A stretch of 33,644 bases of DNA, taken from assembly GCA_051881755.1 (NCBI GenBank), contig JBJEQM010000180.1:1-33644 (forward strand). The letters are read 5' to 3'. Shown here one piece after another: positions 1-9,624 of the stretch. Position 1 is the stretch's first letter; each line of letters opens with the position of its first letter. The position numbers and the translations under genes were made by a program. This stretch comes from Oscillospiraceae bacterium (GTDB lineage Bacteria; Bacillota; Clostridia; Oscillospirales; Ruminococcaceae). A model generated the notes under the pieces. That model made no database searches, was not told the DNA's origin, and saw only the letters and a list, made by a program, of their open reading frames with translations.

Positions 1-60
1 TATTGGATTTCGGCGCAGATTTTTTCCCGTTTTTTATTGGTGTTTAGTATTAGAATAAAC

Positions 61-100
61 AAAAAATCTTGTATAGCACCCCGCCGTACAAGATTTTTTT
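61..100 (-). terminator. Rho-independent terminator ending the flagellar/chemotaxis operon (symmetrical, could act in both directions)
   Basis: Inverted repeat aaaaaatcttgta (61-73) / tacaagatttttt (87-99) around a GC-rich 13-nt loop. On the minus strand the stem is followed by a T-run (ttttttgttt). It lies 7 nt past the cheD stop. Confidence 0.75.
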
Positions 101-106
101 ATATTA

Positions 107-589
107 TTAAAGTCTTACCGTCTGCCTTGAAGCCGCGCGGATCTCCATAGTGCCGTCCTCGGGATAGAAGAACACCGTTCTGCCGAAGTTTTCGCCTGTC
201 TGCTCCGCGATTATCCTGATCCTGTATGCCGCCAGTATTTTTTTCACCGCGGCAACGTTTCTCTCGCCGATGTTGAATACGGACGAGGTGGTGCTGAACA
301 TCTGCGCGCCGCCAGCTATCTTCGCCACCAGACGGGAGGGCGAAGCTCCGCTCAGAGACATTGTCTGTATAAGCTCCGTAATGCCCGTGTCGGCGTAGCG
401 CCTGCGGTTGTCCACAGCGCTTCCTGCCGCCTCCTTGCTCAAGGGCAGCATAATATGCGCCAGACCCGCAATTTTCTTATCGGGATCGTAAAGACATATT
501 CCCACGCAGGAGCCGAGGGCGTAAGTCGCCAGCACATCAGGCTCCTTTGCAATATTCAGATCTGCGATTCCTACCGTTATAACTCCCAT
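107..589 (-). CDS. cheD: Chemoreceptor glutamine deamidase CheD
   Basis: 160-aa ORF with an ATG start. The segments YALGSCVGICLYD and GLAHIMLP match the CheD catalytic Cys/His regions. It starts 2 nt after the cheC stop, the pairing seen in Bacillus-type che loci. Confidence 0.9.
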   Translation of the reverse strand: MGVITVGIADLNIAKEPDVLATYALGSCVGICLYDPDKKIAGLAHIMLPLSKEAAGSAVDNRRRYADTGITELIQTMSLSGASPSRLVAKIAGGAQMFSTTSSVFNIGERNVAAVKKILAAYRIRIIAEQTGENFGRTVFFYPEDGTMEIRAASRQTVRL

Positions 590-591
590 GA

Positions 592-1215
592 TCAGATACC
601 TACTCCCAATCTGTTGAACAGCATTTCAAGGGAGGCCATTTCGGGAACAAGGATCATATTGCTCTTGACCTCACTGCCGCCTATAACGAAGCTGTCGTCA
701 ATGAAGAGCACCTTATTTCCTATCTGCGCAAACTGTACCGCCGGAACGCTGAGAATAGCGCCCACCATGTCAACACACATATGCGGCACGGATATGTCAA
801 TAGTCAGCCCCGTCAGAGAAGCAATAGCGTTTATGTACGAAGCGGACATAATATTGCCCACCTCGCCGATAAAGGAGCTCTCCATTTCATTCATGTTTCC
901 TATATCTTCTATATTGCTGCCGAACACCGCACTTGTCATCATGCTTGCGCAGGAATGCTGCAGCACATAGAGCATCATGCCGGAAATATCCCCCGTAAGA
1001 TTTACCAGCATACCTATAGCGATATTCTCGGGACCCCCAAGAAAATTCACCGCGTCTCCGAAATCCAGCAGCCTGACCGACGGCACGGATATATCCGTCA
1101 CACAGCCAAGCATGGTGGACAGAGCGCTTGCGGCGTTGCCCGAGCCTATATTTCCTATTTCCTTGAGGACGTCCATCTGCATCTCGCCAAGGTCCTCGAT
1201 ATTTGTAAGAGCCAT
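592..1215 (-). CDS. cheC: CheY-P phosphatase CheC
   Basis: 207 aa with two internal CheC repeats. Each carries a D/S-x3-E-x2-N-x22-P motif (DVLKEIGNIGSGNAASALSTMLGCVTDISVP and ESSFIGEVGNIMSASYINAIASLTGLTIDISVP). Confidence 0.9.
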   Translation of the reverse strand: MALTNIEDLGEMQMDVLKEIGNIGSGNAASALSTMLGCVTDISVPSVRLLDFGDAVNFLGGPENIAIGMLVNLTGDISGMMLYVLQHSCASMMTSAVFGSNIEDIGNMNEMESSFIGEVGNIMSASYINAIASLTGLTIDISVPHMCVDMVGAILSVPAVQFAQIGNKVLFIDDSFVIGGSEVKSNMILVPEMASLEMLFNRLGVGI

Positions 1216-1268
1216 TTAATTATATTCCTTTCCGAGAGCAATTACCCCCTCAATTATTCCGCACCCGA

Positions 1269-2000
1269 TCAGTTGCGCAGGTTGTTGACCAGCTCCTCCA
1301 GCTGATTATGGGTCTTTACCATGTTTATATTAAGCTGAAAAGCCCTCTGATATTCGATGACCTTCGACATTTCGTTGGCAACATTGGTAGAAGAAGCCTC
1401 AAGATAACGGGACTTTTTCTGTACGCTCCTGTCGGCGACAGCCTCTCCGCTGGAGAGATTTGCGCGGTAGTAGTTGCTGCTTGCCTCGTCCAGACCGTAG
1501 GGATTTTCAAATTTATATGTTCCTATCATCTCCGTGAGAGCCACCGAGTCTATCTCGGTAGTGCCTTCAACGAAAGGTACGGTTATCCTGTTGCCGTCAT
1601 AGTCCAGTATAAAGCCGCCTGCGGAATCGCACAGCAGATATGAGCCGTCCTCCATGTGACTGAGATAGAACGCGCCGTCCTTGGTGTAGCAGGTCTCGCC
1701 CGACGCCGTCTCCACCGCAAAGAAGCCCTCGTCCAGAGCGGCATAGTCAAGGATACGTCCCGTGTTCCTCAGCTGTGACTGCTCAAACATTAGGTCGGTC
1801 TTGTCGACCTTGGAGCCGTGACCGAACTGCACTTCCTCGTTGTCCGTGTTGCGCTTTGTGTATATAAGTTCGGCAAAGGAGGGTCGCGCCGCCTTAAAGC
1901 CGTTGGTATTGACGTTTGCAAGATTGTTCGCCGTAATATCCATGCCCAGCTGGTAGCTTATAACGCCCGAGCCTGCGGTATAATATCCTATGTTGCTCAT
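1269..2000 (-). CDS. flgG: Flagellar basal-body rod protein, FlgG-like
   Basis: 243 aa. The N-terminal rod/hook signature is ITANNLANVNTNGFKA. The C-terminal VIEYQRAFQLNINMVKTHNQLEELVNNL resembles the conserved FlgG/FlgE C-terminal heptad segment. Confidence 0.75.
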   Translation of the reverse strand: MSNIGYYTAGSGVISYQLGMDITANNLANVNTNGFKAARPSFAELIYTKRNTDNEEVQFGHGSKVDKTDLMFEQSQLRNTGRILDYAALDEGFFAVETASGETCYTKDGAFYLSHMEDGSYLLCDSAGGFILDYDGNRITVPFVEGTTEIDSVALTEMIGTYKFENPYGLDEASSNYYRANLSSGEAVADRSVQKKSRYLEASSTNVANEMSKVIEYQRAFQLNINMVKTHNQLEELVNNLRN

Positions 2001-2018
2001 ATTACCTTATCCTTTCCT

Positions 2019-2774
2019 TTACTGTATCTTAGCCAGATCGTTGGCGGCGATCTGATTTACCGAATTCATTATCTTCAGCGCCGTGGAGCAGGCTGTGAAA
2101 ACGTTCTGCGAATCCATGGCTTTAAGGGTCTCCTCGGCAATGTCCACATTGGAGCGCTCATAGCTGCCCTGACGGACTTCGTAAGCCTCGCCTGCGGGAA
2201 TATTGCCCGTTTCAAAGCCGTCGTAAGGACGGAACATATTGCTGTCAACACGCTCTATCTCCGTATCGGCAGGGAGATATGTAAGACCCAAGCGGTATGT
2301 CCTGCCGTCGTCGGTGGTGATAACGCCGTCGCGGGAGATGGTGAAATTCGCCGTGCCAAGAGGTATATCATCGCCGTTTTCGTCCAGTATCCTGCCCGAT
2401 GAGCCCAGCGCAAGACAGCCCTCCGCGTCAAGGGAGAACTGACCGTTCCTTGTGAGAAGAACGTCTCCCGTGGTGCGCTGACGAATGTTGAAGTACACGT
2501 TGCCGATAAGCGCCGCGTCCATGCGTGAGCCTGTGACCTCAAAGGAGCCCTGCTCAAGATTTGTATATGTATTGTCAAGGGTACGGTATCTTATAGTGCC
2601 CGTCTCGCTCTTTTTGCCGTTGATAAGAAGCAGCTCGTCGGCAAAGGTGGTGTGTATCGCCGTCTCGTTTTTATATCCCGCCGTCTTGACGTTTGCCATA
2701 TTGTTGGTGATAACGTTAAGTATACGCTGTTCGTTTATAATGCCGTTTGCCGCAGTATAATATCCTCTCAGCAT
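2019..2774 (-). CDS. Flagellar basal-body rod protein, FlgF/FlgG family paralog
   Basis: 251 aa with the N-terminal signature ILNVITNNMANVKTAGYK. It is paired with the downstream FlgG-like gene, as with flhO/flhP-type pairs in Firmicutes. The C-terminus is less canonical. Confidence 0.7.
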   Translation of the reverse strand: MLRGYYTAANGIINEQRILNVITNNMANVKTAGYKNETAIHTTFADELLLINGKKSETGTIRYRTLDNTYTNLEQGSFEVTGSRMDAALIGNVYFNIRQRTTGDVLLTRNGQFSLDAEGCLALGSSGRILDENGDDIPLGTANFTISRDGVITTDDGRTYRLGLTYLPADTEIERVDSNMFRPYDGFETGNIPAGEAYEVRQGSYERSNVDIAEETLKAMDSQNVFTACSTALKIMNSVNQIAANDLAKIQ

Positions 2775-2798
2775 AATAACTCCTTTCGGTATTCTGCC

Positions 2799-3569
2799 TT
2801 ATTCCTTAGTATTGATATAATCTGCCATAAATCTCTTCATTTTCGCCACCGCCTGAGAGTGTATCTGACATACTCTCGATTCGGAAACGTCCAAAACCTG
2901 ACCTATATCGGAAAATTTCAGCTTTTCATAGTAGTATAACGTGATAACAAGCCGCTCGCGCTCTTTGAGAGAAGCGATAGCCTGCGCAAGATATTTCAGC
3001 TTTTCCTCTCTGTAAAGCGAAGCCTCCGCCGACCAGACGCCGTCCTCCGAGACCTCGTCGGGGATATCGAAATTGTTGTTGACCACCAGCTCCTCAAAGG
3101 AGAGGGTCTGAGCGGTAGCAGCCTTGGCAACGCAGCTTTCAAACTTATTTTTGGGCAGCTGCATATGCTCCGCCATCTCGTCGTCGGTAGGCTCTCTGTC
3201 CAGCTTGGCGTAAAGCTCGGCGTAAGCCGCGTCGTAATCGTGAGCGAACCTGCGCACATTACGCGGCACAATATCCTGCCGCCTGATGTAATCTATGACC
3301 GCGCCTCTCACCTTAATGGAGGCGTATGTCTCAAACTTGACGTTCTTGCTGAGATCGAAGCTTTCCACCGCCGACATAAGAGCGATAGTCGCCTCGTTTA
3401 TGATATCCTCGCTGTCCGCATATTTTGCATACATATTACGGGTCGAAAGCGCCGCATAGCGCACGATGTTCATGTATTCCATTACGACCTTGTTGCGGAG
3501 CGTTTTGTCGCCTGTTTCCTTGTATAAACGCAGAAGCTCCGCCTTTTCCGCAGAACTCATTTCAGGCAT
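2799..3569 (-). CDS. fliA: Flagellar sigma-28 factor (FliA/SigD family)
   Basis: 256 aa. Region 2 reads EDIINEATIALMSAVESFDLSKNVKFETYASIKVRGAVIDYIRRQD. The region 4 HTH reads LKFSDIGQVLDVSESRVCQIHSQAV. It is embedded in the flagellar operant position expected for sigD, 26 nt after flhA within the flagellar operon. Confidence 0.88.
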   Translation of the reverse strand: MPEMSSAEKAELLRLYKETGDKTLRNKVVMEYMNIVRYAALSTRNMYAKYADSEDIINEATIALMSAVESFDLSKNVKFETYASIKVRGAVIDYIRRQDIVPRNVRRFAHDYDAAYAELYAKLDREPTDDEMAEHMQLPKNKFESCVAKAATAQTLSFEELVVNNNFDIPDEVSEDGVWSAEASLYREEKLKYLAQAIASLKERERLVITLYYYEKLKFSDIGQVLDVSESRVCQIHSQAVAKMKRFMADYINTKE

Positions 3570-3595
3570 TTTACCACTCCTTTACGATAATATTA

Positions 3596-5674
3596 TTACG
3601 CAATAGAGATATTGCCAACAGCCTGTATCTGCACGGAATTGTCTATCTCGCTGAAAGAAAGCACGGTAACATTGGGTATAAACTGGTCGACCAGCTTTTT
3701 GAAATAAATACGCACGATTGGTGACGTAAGCACGATAGGCGTGGGGATAACGTCCTTTACCCTGTCTATCTGCTCGTTGAGCGCCGCAATAAGCAGCTGG
3801 ATAGTCTGAGGCTCCATTGCAAGATAGGAGCCCTGCTCGGATTTTTTCACCGAAGCCACTATCTTGTTTTCCGTCTCCGTGTCCAAAGTGAGGACTCGTA
3901 TCTGACCGCCGTCGGCATAACGCCTCGTTATGGTACGTTTCAGCGCCTGACGGACGTATTCCGTAGTAATGTCAACGTCCTTCATGGCGTGCTGATTGTC
4001 TGCGATAGTTTCAAGTATAGTCTGCAAGTCCCTGATAGGCACGCCCTCTTTAAGCAGCATCGCCAGCACTTTCTGCAAATATGCGGGCGTAACAATGGAG
4101 GGCACAATGTCCTCCACCACCGAGGGATTGGTCTGCTTCAGCTTGTCAAGCATGGTCTTGACGTCCTGACGGGAGAGCAGCTCATGCGCGTGGGACTTGA
4201 TTATCTCGGAAAGATGTGTGATAATGACCGAGGTGGGGTCGATAAGGGTGTAGCCCGCCACTTCCGCACGGAGCTTATCCTGCTCGGGTATCCACTTTGC
4301 GGGGATATTGAAAGCAGGCTCAATGGTGTCAATACCGTCCACCTCATGGGTGACGCTGCCGCTGTCCAGCGCAAGGTAATGATCCATCAGTACCTCCGCC
4401 TGCGCAACGATCTCGCCCTTTATCTTTATAACATACTGGTTAGGGTTGATGTGCTGATTATCCCTCATTCTTACCGAGGGGAACACCATACCCATATCTA
4501 TTGCAAACTGCTTTCGGAAGATAACAACACGCTCGATAAGGGTGCCGCCTGCGGACTCGTCCGCCAGCGGTATAAGGCTGTAGCCGAACTCCATTTCGAT
4601 AGGCTCAACTTCAAGCAGCTTGTAAACATTGTCAATATCCTTGTAATACTCCATTTCGGAGAGCGCTTCCCTGTTCTCCTCCATCTCCTGAGCGGTGGTG
4701 TTTGCCGCCATAGCCAGCTGCGAGTTGTTCCGCGTCAGTATTAATCCCAGCACAATAAGCCCCGAGCCCAGTATGACCAGCTGTACCTTCGGGAAGCCCG
4801 GTATAAGCATCATTACTATCATGACGATACCGGCGATCATAAGTACCCTCGGCTGAGACGTGAACTGATTTTTGATATCCACATTAAGGCTGCTTTCGGA
4901 AGCGGAACGGGTAACTATCATACCCATCGCCGTGGAGATAAGCAGCGCAGGCACCTGCGAGCAGAGACCGTCGCCGACGGTGGCAAGAGTGTAGGTGGAA
5001 AGAACGGTGGAAAAATCCATTTCCTCAAACACCAGACCCATAACGATACCGCCCACAAGGTTTACAACGGCGGCGATAATGGAGAAAGTCGCGTCGCCCT
5101 TAACGAACTTGGAAGCACCGTCCATGGCTCCGAAGAAGTCGGACTCACGCTGTATCTTGGCACGGCGCAGCTTGGCTTCCTCGTCGGTGATAACGCCGGA
5201 GTTAAGGTCGGCGTCGATGGACATCTGCTTACCCGGCATAGCGTCCAGCGTAAATCTTGCCGTTACCTCGGCAACTCGCTCGGCGCCCTTTGTAACTACC
5301 AGCATCTGTACAACGGTTATCAGTATAAATACGATAAATCCGATGATCGCGTTGCCGCGCATTACAAATTGTCCGAACGCCGAGACTATGTGTCCCGCGT
5401 CGCCCTTGTTTGCAAGGATAAGCTTTGTGGAGGATATGTTCAGACCCAGTCTGAATAGGGTGGTAACGAGGAGCAGGGACGGGAAAATAGAAAATTCCAA
5501 CGGCTCCTTTATGTACATTGTCATCAGAAGTATGACAAGGGATAAAGCGATATTAATAACGAACATCATATCCAGCAGCCATGAGGGCAGCGGAATAATG
5601 ATAAGGAATATTGCAAGTATTACAAATAGCGTAACAACGTTATCAAGATATTTTTTCATACGCTTGTAATACAC
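3596..5674 (-). CDS. flhA: Flagellar export apparatus protein FlhA
   Basis: 692 aa with a multi-TM N-terminal half and the FHIPEP segment GAERVAEVTARFTLDAMPGKQMSIDADL, then a large cytoplasmic C-domain. The ORF-track start is GTG at 5674. An ATG five codons in (5659) is an alternative start. Confidence 0.92.
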   Translation of the reverse strand: MYYKRMKKYLDNVVTLFVILAIFLIIIPLPSWLLDMMFVINIALSLVILLMTMYIKEPLEFSIFPSLLLVTTLFRLGLNISSTKLILANKGDAGHIVSAFGQFVMRGNAIIGFIVFILITVVQMLVVTKGAERVAEVTARFTLDAMPGKQMSIDADLNSGVITDEEAKLRRAKIQRESDFFGAMDGASKFVKGDATFSIIAAVVNLVGGIVMGLVFEEMDFSTVLSTYTLATVGDGLCSQVPALLISTAMGMIVTRSASESSLNVDIKNQFTSQPRVLMIAGIVMIVMMLIPGFPKVQLVILGSGLIVLGLILTRNNSQLAMAANTTAQEMEENREALSEMEYYKDIDNVYKLLEVEPIEMEFGYSLIPLADESAGGTLIERVVIFRKQFAIDMGMVFPSVRMRDNQHINPNQYVIKIKGEIVAQAEVLMDHYLALDSGSVTHEVDGIDTIEPAFNIPAKWIPEQDKLRAEVAGYTLIDPTSVIITHLSEIIKSHAHELLSRQDVKTMLDKLKQTNPSVVEDIVPSIVTPAYLQKVLAMLLKEGVPIRDLQTILETIADNQHAMKDVDITTEYVRQALKRTITRRYADGGQIRVLTLDTETENKIVASVKKSEQGSYLAMEPQTIQLLIAALNEQIDRVKDVIPTPIVLTSPIVRIYFKKLVDQFIPNVTVLSFSEIDNSVQIQAVGNISIA

Positions 5675-5708
5675 TGCCTTTCATATATAATAAATGCGTT
5701 GACCGCCA

Positions 5709-6815
5709 TCAGTAATAATTTTTCTTTTCGCCGGGCTTTTTGCCCTGCAATCCGTACACGAAAGCAAGTACCTCCGCAACGGCATGGTAAAATTCGGGAG
5801 GTATCTCCCTGTCTATCTCTACTGCGTCGTAAAGACTTCTGGCAAGAGGCTTGTTTTCCACCATGGTAACATTGTTCTCCTCCGCCACCTTAATTATCTT
5901 CATCGCCATGTTGTCCGCGCCCTTGGCAACAACAACAGGAGCGTTATTTTTAAATTCATCGTATTTCACCGCCACCGCAATATGGGTAGGGTTTCTTATG
6001 ATAACGTCAGCCTCGGGAACGGCCTGCATCATTCTGCTCATTGCCATTTCGTACTGCTTCTGACGTCTGCGTCCCTTTATCTTCGGGTCGCCTTCCAGCA
6101 TTTTGAACTCTTCCTTGACCTCCTGCTTGGTCATTTTGATGTCCTTTTCATATTTAAAATACTGATAAAGATAATCCACCGCCGCAATTGCGACGAATAC
6201 CAGCGAGAGCTTCATCACAATGGAAAAGACCGCGTCCGCCATGTATACAACGCCTTGAAGTATCTCCATATCGAAAAGCTTGGCGAAATCGTGGATCCTC
6301 TTGACGATCTCCCCGTAAACCACCACCACCAGAAGGATAAGCTTAATGATGGATTTCACTATCTCGAACAGGGAGTTGAGGGAGAACATTCTTTTAAAGC
6401 CGTTTATGGGATTTAGCTTGCTCAGCTTGAATTTCAGCGATTCCTTGGAGAACAGGAATTTTGTCTGCGCTCCCGTTCCGATGACCGTCACAAGAATGGA
6501 TACCAAAAGAAGCGGCAGCACCGTTATCACCACAGTTTTTCCGCATTCCAGCACTATCCTGGCATAGGTCTGCATACCGTCGATAGTCTCGCCGTTGCCG
6601 CCCATACCTCCGCCGCATATGCCTATCCAGTAGGAGAGTATATCCTCGCCCTGAACAAGGATTATCTTCGCCCAGATGCGGAGCAGCCCGAAAACAATAA
6701 GGATAAATACAGTGGTAACAACGTCCTTGCTCTGCATGACGTGACCATGCTTACGCTCCTCTTTTCGTTTATGCGCGGTGGCTTTTTCGGTTTTCTCGCC
6801 TGCGCTTTCAGCCAT
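5709..6815 (-). CDS. flhB: Flagellar export apparatus protein FlhB
   Basis: 368 aa with 4 TM segments and the NPTH autocleavage motif (VIIRNPTHIAVAVKYD). Confidence 0.92.
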   Translation of the reverse strand: MAESAGEKTEKATAHKRKEERKHGHVMQSKDVVTTVFILIVFGLLRIWAKIILVQGEDILSYWIGICGGGMGGNGETIDGMQTYARIVLECGKTVVITVLPLLLVSILVTVIGTGAQTKFLFSKESLKFKLSKLNPINGFKRMFSLNSLFEIVKSIIKLILLVVVVYGEIVKRIHDFAKLFDMEILQGVVYMADAVFSIVMKLSLVFVAIAAVDYLYQYFKYEKDIKMTKQEVKEEFKMLEGDPKIKGRRRQKQYEMAMSRMMQAVPEADVIIRNPTHIAVAVKYDEFKNNAPVVVAKGADNMAMKIIKVAEENNVTMVENKPLARSLYDAVEIDREIPPEFYHAVAEVLAFVYGLQGKKPGEKKNYY

Positions 6816-6836
6816 TGAAAATCACTCCCCGTTGAG

Positions 6837-7619
6837 CTATGCAGGTATCAGGGGAATAACTCCCTCAACAGTTTCGAGCCATGTCGCCATAAATTTGTCG
6901 ATAAAATGCGCCATCGGAATAGCCACAAGATACAGTATCAGGAAGCCGAAGCCAACCTTCAGCTGGATATTGACTACCATTATCTGTATCTGGGGCACAG
7001 ATTTCATCAGCACGCCCACGCAGAACTGCAGTATCATTTCCGCTACCACAACAGGCATGGCGAGCTTCATAACCAAAGTCAGCACCACGGCAAAATATTC
7101 AACGATTATCATGCCCAGCTGACCGTTTATGCCTCCCTCCCCCAAAGGTATCGCCTCAAAGGAAAGGATAAAAAGCTTTATATATGTAAGGTGAGCGTTG
7201 GTAACAAAGAAGAACAGATACATCATAAAGCTGATAAAGGAGCCCATGACAGACATCTGCACCTTGGTTTCGGGGTCAAAGACCTTAGCCATGCCCAAGC
7301 CCGCCTGCATATCCATTATTTCGCCGCCCATCTGCACGCTGTAGAAGAACATATCCGTTATAAAGCCGATGACCGCGCCGATAAAGCCCTCGCGGAGTAT
7401 CATAAGCAGGTAAACGCCCGCCTGCACTCCGCTGTCCACAGGCTCAAAGGGCACCGTCATGACCACGATAGCCGTTATGCACAAGCAGCAGCCGATCTTT
7501 GCAATGGTGGGTATATTTCTTCGCGAAAGAACGGGATTAAACATGAATATACCCAGCACGCGGCTGAAAACAAGAAGATTTGTCTCAAAATTATCAAAAA
7601 GCAAGTTGAAGAAATCCAT
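6837..7619 (-). CDS. fliR: Flagellar export apparatus protein FliR
   Basis: 260-aa polytopic membrane protein in the conserved fliP-fliQ-fliR-flhB order. Confidence 0.85.
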   Translation of the reverse strand: MDFFNLLFDNFETNLLVFSRVLGIFMFNPVLSRRNIPTIAKIGCCLCITAIVVMTVPFEPVDSGVQAGVYLLMILREGFIGAVIGFITDMFFYSVQMGGEIMDMQAGLGMAKVFDPETKVQMSVMGSFISFMMYLFFFVTNAHLTYIKLFILSFEAIPLGEGGINGQLGMIIVEYFAVVLTLVMKLAMPVVVAEMILQFCVGVLMKSVPQIQIMVVNIQLKVGFGFLILYLVAIPMAHFIDKFMATWLETVEGVIPLIPA

Positions 7620-7631
7620 ATAAAATCTCCA

Positions 7632-7916
7632 TCAACCCGAAACAGTATGCTGACTGACCTGTCTGATCACATCAAAAATGTTAAGTACGAAGTCGTTCAT
7701 TGTAGACATCATCATAGGCGCCATAAGAAGCAGAAGCACCGCAATGGTCAGCGCCTTGGGGACAAAGGTGAGCGTCTGCTCGTGTATCTGAGTCGCCGCT
7801 TGAAGTATGGATATTACCAGACCCACCGCCATACTGATGAGCAGCAGCGGACCGCCCAGCTTTATGGCAAGCATCAGCGACTGACGGAAAATTTCAATAA
7901 CCTGATCCTGTGTCAT
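7632..7916 (-). CDS. fliQ: Flagellar export apparatus protein FliQ
   Basis: 94 aa with two TM helices. The N-terminus MTQDQVIEIFRQSLMLAIKLGGPLL is typical of FliQ/SctS. Confidence 0.88.
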   Translation of the reverse strand: MTQDQVIEIFRQSLMLAIKLGGPLLLISMAVGLVISILQAATQIHEQTLTFVPKALTIAVLLLLMAPMMMSTMNDFVLNIFDVIRQVSQHTVSG

Positions 7917-7934
7917 AATATCGCTCCCTTTTCA

Positions 7935-8876
7935 CTATACATAAAAGCCTTCGGCAAGAGAGCCGATAAGCAGCGTCCAGCCGTCAGCAAGGATAAACAG
8001 CAGTATCTTGAACGGGATCGATATCGTAGTCGGCGGCAGCATCATCATACCCATTGACATAAGCACCGTCGAAACGATAATATCCACGATAAGGAACGGT
8101 ATGTAAAGCAGGAAGCCTATCTCGAAGCCCGTCTTTATCTCGCTGAGGATAAAAGCGGGGACAACTGTGGTAAAGCTTACATTTTCGATAAATTCCTCCT
8201 CTGTCTCCGCCGATACCTCGGAATGGGAAAGCTCAAGGAAGAAGTCCATTTCGTCATTGCCTGTATTTTTAAGCATCCATTTTTTCAGCGGGACGGAAGC
8301 CGCCTGTATCGCCTCTACGGAGGTATATTCGCCCTCCTTGTAGGGCTTGTAAGCGACCTCGTTCATCTCGGAAATAACGGGTGACATTATAAAAAGCGTA
8401 AGGAACAGCGCCAGACCGATCATGACCTGATTAGGCGGCGTCTGCTGCACGCCCATAGCGTTTCTCAGCAGGGAGAATGAGATGATGATTCGCGTAAAGC
8501 AGGTCATCATCACCAGTATGGACGGCGCAAGGGATAATATAGTTATAAGTATGATAAGGTCGAGAGTATTGGTGCTGCCGTTGATATTCAGCGCGTCCAG
8601 CAGACCCTGCGTTTCGTCGTCATCGGTAACGGGCTCATCGTAGGGGAGGTCGCTCTCCAGCGACTGAGTCAGCTGTTCGTCGGGATCCTGAAGCGCCTGC
8701 GTGGTCTGGGGTACACTTGTCTCAACGTTGGGTATGGTCGTCACATCGGGAAAGCCGTCCTCGGCAAAAACGGTAAAGCCGCCTGCGCCCATAGCCGCAG
8801 TAACGCATAACGCGGCGGCAGCGCAGGAAAATCTGCGGAAAACGCCCTTGAAGCGTCTAAATATCTGATCCATCAT
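7935..8876 (-). CDS. fliP: Flagellar export apparatus protein FliP, with a roughly 100-aa N-terminal signal/acidic extension
   Basis: 313 aa. The conserved core is FTRIIISFSLLRNAMGVQQTPPNQVMIGLALFLTLFIMSPV. The N-terminal 100 aa form a signal-like hydrophobic stretch plus a D/E/T/Q-rich linker. The 5' end overlaps fliO by 20 nt. Confidence 0.88.
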   Translation of the reverse strand: MMDQIFRRFKGVFRRFSCAAAALCVTAAMGAGGFTVFAEDGFPDVTTIPNVETSVPQTTQALQDPDEQLTQSLESDLPYDEPVTDDDETQGLLDALNINGSTNTLDLIILITILSLAPSILVMMTCFTRIIISFSLLRNAMGVQQTPPNQVMIGLALFLTLFIMSPVISEMNEVAYKPYKEGEYTSVEAIQAASVPLKKWMLKNTGNDEMDFFLELSHSEVSAETEEEFIENVSFTTVVPAFILSEIKTGFEIGFLLYIPFLIVDIIVSTVLMSMGMMMLPPTTISIPFKILLFILADGWTLLIGSLAEGFYV

Positions 8877-9255
8877 CTTTACCGCAGCTTACCTCCTGTT
8901 TCGACGCCTTATTGCCCGAAAACGCCTTTTTCAGACTTTCCGCAAAGCTACCCTCGGACGTCTCATCCTGCTGCTCCATAAGTGCAACATCTTCCTCGTC
9001 CAGATCGCACAGCTTTGTGACGGAATTAGGCGCAACGCCCAGCAGCATAGCCTTTTTGCCCGCCTTGACGGCAAGCAGCTGCTTATCCTGAGCGATACCC
9101 ATACACTCGATTATCTGTATCTTGTTTTTTCCTCCGCCGAAGCCCACGCCGCGGTACTTTTTATTGAGCCACTTTACCGCATAATACGTCAGAAACAGCA
9201 GCCCGATAACGCCCAGCAGCGCACAGATGACGGTGAAAAAATCGGATATTCCCAT
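8857..9255 (-). CDS. fliO: Flagellar biosynthesis protein FliO/FliZ
   Basis: 132 aa with a single N-terminal TM (FFTVICALLGVIGLLFLTYYAV), followed by IQIIECMGIAQDKQLLAVKAGKKAMLLGV. It occupies the position just before fliP. Confidence 0.75.
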   Translation of the reverse strand: MGISDFFTVICALLGVIGLLFLTYYAVKWLNKKYRGVGFGGGKNKIQIIECMGIAQDKQLLAVKAGKKAMLLGVAPNSVTKLCDLDEEDVALMEQQDETSEGSFAESLKKAFSGNKASKQEVSCGKDDGSDI

Positions 9256-9618
9256 TTAGCCCAGAACCTTCTGTACTGTCTGGAGAATTCTGTCGGGCTT
9301 GAAAGGCTTAACGATAAAGTCCAGCGCGCCCAGCTTGATAGCCTCAACTACCATGGATTCCTGACCCATAGCGGAGCACATTACCACCTTGGCGCCTGGA
9401 TCGCTCTTCTTGATGTCACGCAGAGCCTCGATGCCTGTCTTGTTGGGCATAGTGATGTCCATGATAACAAGGTCGGGCTTCTCGGAAGCATAGGTGTTGC
9501 AGGCGATCTCGCCGTCGGCAGCCTCAATGATATTGGTGTAGCCATTCTTTGTGAGGGCGTCCTTGATCATCATTCTCATAAAAGCGGCGTCGTCAACAAG
9601 TAAAATCTTCTTATCCAT
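9256..9618 (-). CDS. cheY: Chemotaxis response regulator CheY
   Basis: 120-aa single receiver domain. It has the acidic pocket LLVDDAAFMR, the phospho-acceptor in LVIMDITMP, CSAMG (Ser at the conserved Thr/Ser position) and VKPF (Lys). Confidence 0.9.
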   Translation of the reverse strand: MDKKILLVDDAAFMRMMIKDALTKNGYTNIIEAADGEIACNTYASEKPDLVIMDITMPNKTGIEALRDIKKSDPGAKVVMCSAMGQESMVVEAIKLGALDFIVKPFKPDRILQTVQKVLG

Positions 9619-9624
9619 AACAAC

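Noticed and set aside
6906-8057. 383-aa plus-strand ORF antisense to fliR, fliQ and fliP
   Set aside because: It has H/R/K/Q-rich nonsense composition and spans three well-supported genes and their junctions on the other strand. It is an antisense artefact.
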